Shown: in pieces, positions 14,171 through 21,097 of the stretch
Layout: each line of letters opens with the position of its first letter
How positions within the stretch are numbered: position 1 is the stretch's first letter
Assembly (NCBI GenBank): GCA_044222475.1
Contig: JBGANF010000112.1
Location: forward strand, 1 to 26,610
DNA: 26,610 bases
Reading direction: 5' to 3'
DNA from: Polyangiaceae bacterium
GTDB lineage: Bacteria; Myxococcota_A; Polyangia; Polyangiales; Polyangiaceae
Made by a program: the position numbers and the translations under genes
The notes under the pieces: model-generated
Told to the model about the DNA's origin: nothing
What the model saw: only the letters and a program-made list of their open reading frames with translations
Databases searched by the model: none

Positions 14171-16039
14171 TCACTTCGGGCGAACGTTGGCGACGCGCTT
14201 CTTCTCGTCGCCGAGGAGGTCGATCGCTCGGCACACCATCGTATCGCGACACGGTCCAACGACGCCCAGATGCGCCGGCCACGGCGCCGGCGGGTACTTC
14301 GCCGAGACGTCGCCTTCGCGGACGTCGGGTCCGGTCCACGACGGCGGCGCGTTCGCCTGAGTGACCTCGCGCTCGATGTGCTCTTCGGGCTCGAACGGGA
14401 ACTGGTACGTGGGTACGAGCCCCACGCGCTGCACGGCGCTCCCGTCGGGCAGCGCGTAGAGCAGAGTCGTCACGCGCAGCACGCCGGCGTGGACGACGTC
14501 TTCCATGTACTCCTGCGCGCAACCTTTTCCGTAGGTCGTGGTGCCGACGATCGGCGCGCGGCGATACGCCGCGAGCGCGCCTGCGATCATCTCGGCCGCG
14601 CTCGCCGTGCCGGCGTCGACGAGCGTCGCGAGAGGCCCGGTCCACCGCTCGACGTCCTTCGGCTCCGGCGCGCGATCGGTCTCGATCGTGCCGTCGCGGC
14701 GCTTCATCGGGAAGAGCTTCGCTCCCGGGAGGAAGAGACCCAACGTGTCGATCGCGCCTTCGGTGGACCCGCCGCCGTTGCCGCGCAGGTCGAGGACGAC
14801 GCCGACGAGCGGCGGCTTTCCGGTACGGTCGCGCTCGCGCACGATCGCCCGTTCGACGAGGGCGCCGAGATCGTCGTACACGTCGTGGACGGCGACGATC
14901 GCCACGTCGCCGGTGCCGAACGACACGCGGTCGACCGGGAGATCGAACGGCGCGGCCGCAGTCGTCGACGCGACGGGGTCGTGGGCCGACACCGTCAGGT
15001 GGAGGATCTTCTTCTGTCGAAGGACGGTGACGCTCGCCGGAGAGTCCACGTCGATTCCGTAGGACGCTTGGTCGAGCTGCTCGACCGACAGACCGCCGAG
15101 CGCGATGGAGTTCACCTCGAGGACGATGTCGCCCACCTCGAGCGGCGGGAGCGCGCCTTCTTCGATTCGACCGCCGAGCAGGGTACGTCCAGCGCGCTCC
15201 CACAACCGCGAAGGCCGTCGCGCCTCGAGGTCGACGTCGTACACGCTCGCCTCCTCGCCGTACGGCGCCCACTGGCTGTGAGGATCGGTCACGTCGACGT
15301 ACGCGCGCACGGCGGCGGCGAGGACGATGTCGGCCCACTCCTTCTCGTCGAAGCGGGGCAGGAGCTGGTCCTCCGATCGTACCAACATGGTACCGAGCTC
15401 CGGAATCTTGGACCCCTCGATCCCGCTGTGGCGGGAACCGAGCTCGTGCACGAACTCGAGCGAATCGCGCGTTCCTTGCGGCGCGAGCGGCTCGGCGACG
15501 AGCGCGGTGAAGTCCGCGACCTCGGGGGTGGCGCGCCCGGCGTCGTAGGCCGTGCGTAGCCTGGTCATCCAGCGCACGAGAGCGGCGCCGACGCGAGCCG
15601 GCGCGACGCACGGAGCGGTCCCCTGCAGGTCGTCGAGGAGGGCCGGGGCGTCTCGGACGATCTCGGCGACGACCGGCGAATCGCTCGACACCGACCACAC
15701 CCCGAGCGGGTCGAGCCAGTCGGCCAGAGCGTCGGCGAAGACCTTCGGCGACGGGGCCGCGGCGCCGTACGCCAGCTGATCATCGCGAAAATCCTTCACG
15801 ACGCGCTTGGCGTCGTCGCAGGTGAGGGATGCCGGGTGGGAGGACGGCGGGCGGAACTGGAGGGTCCCGTCCTCGTCGCCCTCGGTGGCGAGGGGGCGAT
15901 GAGGCTGGAGGGACGGCGCCGTCCCGATGAGGACGTGGGGGACCGGCCGCAGGAGGAGCGCATGTGCGCCGCCGAGCGCCCCGGCGAGCAGGCCCACGGC
16001 GGCAGCGCCGATCAGAAGGGTCTTTCGCCAGCTCCGCAT
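14171..16039 (-). CDS. S41 family C-terminal processing peptidase
   Basis: N-terminal signal/anchor; DPHSQW; degenerate PDZ (LEVGDIVLEVN); VLDLRGNGGG; TASAAEMIAGAL (catalytic Ser); GTTTYGKG (catalytic Lys); LPDGSAVQRVGLVP. Confidence 0.92.
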   Translation of the reverse strand: MRSWRKTLLIGAAAVGLLAGALGGAHALLLRPVPHVLIGTAPSLQPHRPLATEGDEDGTLQFRPPSSHPASLTCDDAKRVVKDFRDDQLAYGAAAPSPKVFADALADWLDPLGVWSVSSDSPVVAEIVRDAPALLDDLQGTAPCVAPARVGAALVRWMTRLRTAYDAGRATPEVADFTALVAEPLAPQGTRDSLEFVHELGSRHSGIEGSKIPELGTMLVRSEDQLLPRFDEKEWADIVLAAAVRAYVDVTDPHSQWAPYGEEASVYDVDLEARRPSRLWERAGRTLLGGRIEEGALPPLEVGDIVLEVNSIALGGLSVEQLDQASYGIDVDSPASVTVLRQKKILHLTVSAHDPVASTTAAAPFDLPVDRVSFGTGDVAIVAVHDVYDDLGALVERAIVRERDRTGKPPLVGVVLDLRGNGGGSTEGAIDTLGLFLPGAKLFPMKRRDGTIETDRAPEPKDVERWTGPLATLVDAGTASAAEMIAGALAAYRRAPIVGTTTYGKGCAQEYMEDVVHAGVLRVTTLLYALPDGSAVQRVGLVPTYQFPFEPEEHIEREVTQANAPPSWTGPDVREGDVSAKYPPAPWPAHLGVVGPCRDTMVCRAIDLLGDEKKRVANVRPK

Positions 16040-16087
16040 CCGGAACGGATCGTAGCAGGGCGCGATCGACCTAGTCCAACTTGCGCG

Positions 16088-16903
16088 TCAGGCGGCTACC
16101 AGCGGCGACAGCGCCTCGAGCTTCACGCGGAGCTTGTTCCGCGTGCGCTCCTCGAGCTGGCGAACGCGCTCCTTGCTGACGCCGAGGATTTCTCCGAGCT
16201 CCTGGAGCGTCCGCGGCTCTTCCGCCATCAGCCGCTCGCGAACGATCAGCTTCTCTCGGTCGGACAGGTCGGCGAGCGCGACCTTGACCTCGGCGCGGGA
16301 GCGCGAGTCCAGCTCGCGCTGCGCCGTGGCTTCCTCCGGGCTCGGACCGGTGGCGGCAATTCGTTCGCCGATGGTCGGGCCCTCGTCGCGGGCCAAGTCG
16401 ATGCTCGACTCGCGCGCCGCCAGGAGCGGCAGAAGCCCGGCCGCGCGCTCGGGCGTCATGCCGGATACCTTCGCGAGCTTCACCGGATCGGCTTCTTTCG
16501 TCGTGCGGTAGGCGCGGAGCGCTCGTCGCTCGGCCTTCGTGGTGCCGAGCCGGACGACGCGGTATCCGCGCACCACGTACTCGCGGATTTCGGCGCGGAT
16601 CCAGTACGCGGCGTAGGTCGCGAGCCGGCACTCTTTCTCCGGATCGAACTTCGCGGCTGCGCGCAGCAGACCGACGTTGCCCTGCTGGATGATGTCCTCG
16701 ATCGGGATGCCCCATCGGCGGTACTCGAGCGCGATGGCGACGACGAACGGCAGGCACGCTTCGATGAGCTTGTCGCCCGCGCGTCGATCGCCGGCGTGAT
16801 ACGCGCGCGCGAGCTCTTGCTCCGTCGCGCGGTCGAGCTGCTTCACTTGCCCGAGCCTGGTTCGATAAGCCTGAACGGAAGGTGTGCTGAAGATGGAGCC
16901 CAT
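16088..16903 (-). CDS. RNA polymerase sigma-70 family factor, RpoH (sigma-32)-like
   Basis: Region 2 DIIQQGNVGLLRAAAKFDP...TYAAYWIRAEIREY; RVVRLGTTKA; region 4 RTLQELGEILGVSKERVRQLE. ATG 16903 follows an AGGAGG Shine-Dalgarno. Confidence 0.92.
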   Translation of the reverse strand: MGSIFSTPSVQAYRTRLGQVKQLDRATEQELARAYHAGDRRAGDKLIEACLPFVVAIALEYRRWGIPIEDIIQQGNVGLLRAAAKFDPEKECRLATYAAYWIRAEIREYVVRGYRVVRLGTTKAERRALRAYRTTKEADPVKLAKVSGMTPERAAGLLPLLAARESSIDLARDEGPTIGERIAATGPSPEEATAQRELDSRSRAEVKVALADLSDREKLIVRERLMAEEPRTLQELGEILGVSKERVRQLEERTRNKLRVKLEALSPLVAA

Positions 16904-17006
16904 GCGTGGCCTCCTGTGAATCGCTCGCAAGCGAGCGTCACGAGGAACCCGGGGGTGATTCCTTCGGGTGGGCCCGGCGACTCGGCCAGGGCGCACACGT
17001 CACCAA

Positions 17007-17022
17007 TGCACGTTCGATACCA
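17007..17022 (-). promoter_or_regulatory. Candidate sigma-54 (-24/-12) promoter for the sigma factor gene
   Basis: Minus strand TGGTATCGAACGTGCA, GG-N10-GC spacing, about 105 nt upstream of the ATG. Confidence 0.55.
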
Positions 17023-17055
17023 AGGTGCCCTCGCGCGCGAAATCTGCGGGACCGC

Positions 17056-17070
17056 GCAGCATTCGCGCCA
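17056..17070 (-). promoter_or_regulatory. Second, weaker candidate sigma-54 motif
   Basis: Minus strand TGGCGCGAATGCTGC, GG-N10-GC spacing. Confidence 0.35.
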
Positions 17071-17183
17071 CGCGGGGTGCAATCCGGCGAAAATCGGTCG
17101 TCCGACTATCTTTGTGGCGAAAGCCTTTCGCGTTTGTTGGAAGAGAAGAAGACCGCTCTCCTCGTCCTTGCGGTTTTCTCCTC

Positions 17184-18110
17184 TCAACGCGGGACGAGCA
17201 CGCGTTGCTCGCCGATCTCCAGGATCGCGACCTTGTCCGGGGGAAGGGCTCGCTTCGCGATCTCGTCGCGGAGGACGCGCGGGCACTCGCCGGGCACGTC
17301 GTCGGAGTTGATGAAGGTGTCGAAGTGGATCGGCATCATGTGCGCCGCGCCGAGCAGGTCGAGCGCGTCGAGCGCTTCGCTGGGGCTCATGTGGGTGGCC
17401 TTCATGTAGCTGCGCGGCGCGAGCGGGCAGATCGGCAGCAGCGCGAGCGAAAGATCGGGGAAGCGCGCGCGGGTCGCGCGGAAGGCCTCCGCGTCGAGCG
17501 CCGTGTCGCCGCCGAAGTACACCGACAGGCCGTGGTACTCGAACACGTACCCGGTGAAGCCCTCTGCGTTCCACGGTTGGTCGATGCCCCATCGGCCGCC
17601 GACGTGACGCACGGGCACGGCGGTGACCTTCACGCCGGACGCGTCCCAGGATTCCCATCGCGCGAGCTCGCGGCTCTCGAACGCGAAACGCGGCAGGATC
17701 GAGAGCGTCCCCGGTGGCACGAGCACCACCGGAGTCTTGCGCTCGATCATCGCGAGCGAGTCGTACGAGAGGTGATCGAAGTGCTGGTGCGAGACGACGA
17801 CCGCGGCGAGCGGCGGGAGGTTCTCCGGCGCGATTCCAGGTTCGACGAGACGCGGCGAGAGCTCGCCCACCGATCGCGTGAAGACGGGATCGGTGAGGAC
17901 GTACTTGTCGTCGATCTGAACGAGCACCGTCGCGTGACCGACCCACAGCACCGCGATGCGCGCGTCGGGGTGAGCGGGATCGGTGATTCTGTGCTCTATC
18001 GCGCGCGGCGGGTTCGGCACCGCGAGGTTGCGCACGAGGACCCTGCCGGCGAAGGCGCACCCGGTCGTGAGCGAGAGCAGGGCGGCGAGGACGATGCGCG
18101 TAAGGAGCAT
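17184..18110 (-). CDS. Metallo-beta-lactamase-fold hydrolase (NAPE-PLD/RomA-like), probable lipoprotein
   Basis: MLLTRIVLAALLSLTTGC signal; LWVGHATVLVQ, LTDPVF, SHQHFDH (HxHxDH), YFGGDT, HMSPSEA, MMPIHFDTF. TGATG overlap with the upstream gene. Confidence 0.92.
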   Translation of the reverse strand: MLLTRIVLAALLSLTTGCAFAGRVLVRNLAVPNPPRAIEHRITDPAHPDARIAVLWVGHATVLVQIDDKYVLTDPVFTRSVGELSPRLVEPGIAPENLPPLAAVVVSHQHFDHLSYDSLAMIERKTPVVLVPPGTLSILPRFAFESRELARWESWDASGVKVTAVPVRHVGGRWGIDQPWNAEGFTGYVFEYHGLSVYFGGDTALDAEAFRATRARFPDLSLALLPICPLAPRSYMKATHMSPSEALDALDLLGAAHMMPIHFDTFINSDDVPGECPRVLRDEIAKRALPPDKVAILEIGEQRVLVPR

Positions 18111-18691
18111 CAGAAGTACCGGATGGTGAAGGCGTGGATGATCTCGCGATTCTCGAGCGCCGGTGAGAACGTGACGGTGAACCCGAAGACGCCGAAGAGG
18201 AAGTACACGCCGAGCTCGGCGGAGAAGCCGTCGCCGCCGCTCGCGCGGTAGTACGAGCCGCCGACCGACCACGACAGCGTCTCACCGCGACCGGCGATCG
18301 GGAGCGTGAGGCGCGCGCCGCCGCGTGCGATCCAGCCGGTGCCGCCGCTGGGAAACGAAGAGACCCACTCGGGAGACACGAACAGCTCGACCGACCCGGC
18401 GTGGCGCGCGACGGGATCGACGATGAACGCTCGCACCGGCTTCGCGGCGACGCCGAACGACACGAGGAGCGGAGTGACCTGCCAGCGCACACCGCCACCC
18501 GCGCCGGTCGAGCCCATCACGAACAGCGGGCTCGGGACCAGCTGGGTCGCCGCCCACACGAAGCCTGCCGCGACCGGGCTGATGCGCGGGAGGCGCGCTG
18601 GTTCGTCCGCTCGCGCCATGCGGCCGCACGCGAGCACGGCCACGAGGCTCGTGAGCGCGACGACGTGACGGAAAGGACGATCGACGGGCAT
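18110..18691 (-). CDS. Hypothetical exported protein, possible small outer-membrane beta-barrel
   Basis: Signal-like N-terminus ending ARA; Gly/aromatic alternating strands; C-terminal IRYF. No family recognised. Confidence 0.7.
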   Translation of the reverse strand: MPVDRPFRHVVALTSLVAVLACGRMARADEPARLPRISPVAAGFVWAATQLVPSPLFVMGSTGAGGGVRWQVTPLLVSFGVAAKPVRAFIVDPVARHAGSVELFVSPEWVSSFPSGGTGWIARGGARLTLPIAGRGETLSWSVGGSYYRASGGDGFSAELGVYFLFGVFGFTVTFSPALENREIIHAFTIRYF

Positions 18692-18716
18692 GCGCCAAAA
18701 CCATTAGACTCCCGCC

Positions 18717-19679
18717 ATGGCCGCGCGAAAGAAAAAGCCCCAAGCGAAGTCGACCGGGTTGGATGCCAAGGATTGCGTCGGCGTTGCGCCGGCCCCGGTC
18801 GCGGCCTTGGCGAAGTCGATCGACGCGTGCGGCGGGGCGGTGCTCTCGTCGTACCGCGAGCCGCTCGGTGGCCACTGGCTCGTGTCCGCGGTCCTGCCGA
18901 TCGAGCTGGTCGAGCCGACGCCGTTCCAGCGAGAGCTCTCGCCGACTCACGCCGAGCGGCTCGTGAAGGTGATTCCCAAAGTGGGACGATTCCTGGATCC
19001 GATCATCGCGATCCAGAAGGGTGACAAGTTCTGGACGCCGAACGGGATGCACCGGCTCGTGGCGATGCGAAACCTCGGAGCGAAGGCGGTCACCGCGATC
19101 GTCGTCCCCGAGGCGGAGCTGGCGTTCAAGATCCTCGCGCTGAACACCGAGAAGGCGCACAACCTGAAGGACAAGTCGCTCGAGGTCATCCGGATGGCGC
19201 GGGCGATCGCGGCCGAGCCCGAGACGGCGAAGCGACCCGAGGCGGATTGGGCGTTCGAGTTCGAGGAGCCCGCGTACCTGACGATCGGGCTCTGCTACGA
19301 GCAGCGGCCGCGGTTCTCGGGCGGCGCGTACATGCCGGTGATTCGTCGCTGCGACTCGTTCTCGACTGGAGGGATCAAGAAGTCGGTGGAAGAGCGTGAG
19401 GAGCGAGCGAAGAAGGTGCTGCTCCTGGACGACGCCGTGGGCAAAGTGATCGAATCTCTGAAAGCAGCAGGTTTGACGAGTCCCTATCTGCGCCCCTTCG
19501 TGATTGCCCGAATCAACCCGCTGCGATGGCAGAAGCAGGCGAAGCCAGGCCAAAAGGCACCGACGGCGGACTTCGACGCGACGATGGACAAGATGCTGGC
19601 CTCGGCGAAGAAGTTCGACGCGGCGAAGGTACGGCCGCAAGACATCGCCGCGACGGGCGGCCCGCCACCGGAAGAGTGA
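18717..19679 (+). CDS. Orphan ParB/Sulfiredoxin N-terminal domain protein
   Basis: LPIELVEPTPFQRE, GRFLDPIIA, WTPNGMHRLVAMRNLG...AIVV, ILALNTEK resemble the ParB/Srx fold. Confidence 0.8.
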   Translation: MAARKKKPQAKSTGLDAKDCVGVAPAPVAALAKSIDACGGAVLSSYREPLGGHWLVSAVLPIELVEPTPFQRELSPTHAERLVKVIPKVGRFLDPIIAIQKGDKFWTPNGMHRLVAMRNLGAKAVTAIVVPEAELAFKILALNTEKAHNLKDKSLEVIRMARAIAAEPETAKRPEADWAFEFEEPAYLTIGLCYEQRPRFSGGAYMPVIRRCDSFSTGGIKKSVEEREERAKKVLLLDDAVGKVIESLKAAGLTSPYLRPFVIARINPLRWQKQAKPGQKAPTADFDATMDKMLASAKKFDAAKVRPQDIAATGGPPPEE

Positions 19680-19695
19680 CGGCAGACAATCGGGC

Positions 19696-20535
19696 TCAGG
19701 GCTCGAGGACCAGGCCTTCTTGGGCCGCCACCACGTTCGGGAACAGCTCGCGCGCTCGGCGCTCCTTGTCGCGCACGGCCGCGTCCGACTGACCGGGATC
19801 GTGGTGGTAGAGAACGTACTTCTTCGCGCCGGCCGCCTTCGCGAGCGCGCAGCCCGCCTCGAAGGTGCTGTGCCCCCAGCCGCGCTTCGAGCCACCGCCC
19901 GTCTTGCCGGCGTACTCTTCGGGCGTGTACTGCGAGTCGTAGATGAGCACGTCCACCCCGCGCGCGATCGCGAGGAGCTTCGGGTCGACGTCGTCGTAGT
20001 GCTCCGTGTCCGTGGCGTACACCGCGCTCTTGCCGCGATGATCGATGCGGTACGCCCAGACCCCGTTCGGGTGGTTGCCCGCCGCCGGCCGCACGGTGAT
20101 CGGGTGACCCTCTCCGTCGTCGAGCACGACCTCTTCGCCCTCGGAGAGGTCGCGAAAGGTCATCGTGGCCGCCATCTCCTTCAGCAACACCGGGAAGTTC
20201 GGGTAGCTCATCTGCCCCGACAGCGTCTCCTGGAGCGTGTGCTCCACGTCCGTGCCGCCGTAGAGGTGAATCGTGTTCCCCCCGATGAACGCGGGCGCGA
20301 AGAACGGAAACCCCTGGATGTGATCCCAGTGGACGTGACTGAAGAAGAGATGCGCGGTCAGCGGCATCTCCGCGAGGAGCTTCTGGCCGAGCAGGCGGAG
20401 TCCCGTGCCGCCGTCGAACACGAGGATCGTCTTGCCGCAGCGGATCTCGACGCAGCTCGTGTTGCCGCCGATTTCCACGGTGTCGCGGCCGGGCGTCGGT
20501 ATGCTTCCGCGCACGCCCCAGAAGCAGATCTTCAC
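19696..20535 (-). CDS. Metallo-beta-lactamase-fold hydrolase (phosphodiesterase/RNase Z-like group)
   Basis: FWGVRGSIP, GGNTSCVE, FDGGTG, SHVHWDHIQG, HPNG, YATDTEH, WGHST, HHDP. AGGAGG lies upstream of GTG 20535. Confidence 0.93.
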   Translation of the reverse strand: MKICFWGVRGSIPTPGRDTVEIGGNTSCVEIRCGKTILVFDGGTGLRLLGQKLLAEMPLTAHLFFSHVHWDHIQGFPFFAPAFIGGNTIHLYGGTDVEHTLQETLSGQMSYPNFPVLLKEMAATMTFRDLSEGEEVVLDDGEGHPITVRPAAGNHPNGVWAYRIDHRGKSAVYATDTEHYDDVDPKLLAIARGVDVLIYDSQYTPEEYAGKTGGGSKRGWGHSTFEAGCALAKAAGAKKYVLYHHDPGQSDAAVRDKERRARELFPNVVAAQEGLVLEP

Positions 20536-20602
20536 TCCCCGATCCTCCTACCTGACGGTAGGCTGCCCCCGTTCCGCGCGTCAAATCGAAAGACACGGAT
20601 TC

Positions 20603-21097
20603 ATGCCCCCGCCCGACGCGATCATCGTCCTCGGCTGCCGCGTGTCGCGCATCGCGACCGGAGAGGACGATCGCGCGCTCTCCGGCGCCCTCGGCCGTCG
20701 CGTCGCCACCGCCGCGAGCGCCTTCGCGCAAGGCCACGCGGAGCGGATCATCGCCAGCGGCGGGCGCACGTGGGGCGGCCTCGTCGAAGCCGACGAGATG
20801 GCAATCGAGCTCGAGCGCCTCGGCGTCCCCGCGCGCGCGATCGTGCGCGAGCGATGCTCGATGAGCACCGCGGAGAATGCCCGCTACGCCGCCGAGATCG
20901 CGCGCCGCCACGAGCTGCGCGACATCACGCTCGTCACGTGCCACTGGCACCTCCCGCGCGCGATCCTTCTCTTCCGCCGCGAAGGAATGTCTTGCGAGGG
21001 CCTAGGCGCCGAGTCGCCCGATCCGGGACCGCTCGCGCGCGCGGTGCGATCGATCCGCGAACGAATCTGCATGCGCCTCGATGGTGTGGCCCCGTGA
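20603..21097 (+). CDS. YdcF/DUF218 family protein
   Basis: DAIIVLG, IIASGG, EADEM, ERCSMSTAENARYA, LVTCHWHLPRA. ATG at 20603. Confidence 0.9.
   Translation: MPPPDAIIVLGCRVSRIATGEDDRALSGALGRRVATAASAFAQGHAERIIASGGRTWGGLVEADEMAIELERLGVPARAIVRERCSMSTAENARYAAEIARRHELRDITLVTCHWHLPRAILLFRREGMSCEGLGAESPDPGPLARAVRSIRERICMRLDGVAP

Noticed and set aside
19380..19560. Locally more A/T-rich codons in the 3' half of the ParB-like gene
   Set aside because: Short, in frame, with no repeats or mobility genes; cannot be separated from noise by eye.
17184..20535. MBL-fold genes as antibiotic-resistance beta-lactamases or an anti-phage nuclease island with the ParB-like gene
   Set aside because: HxHxDH contexts match common hydrolase/phosphodiesterase subgroups, orientations are mixed, and there are no defence or mobility markers.
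19504..21093. 1252-aa ORF extending the HEAT-cyclophilin upstream
   Set aside because: It runs antisense to the MBL gene and out of frame through YdcF with nonsense composition; a lipoprotein signal starts at 21094.
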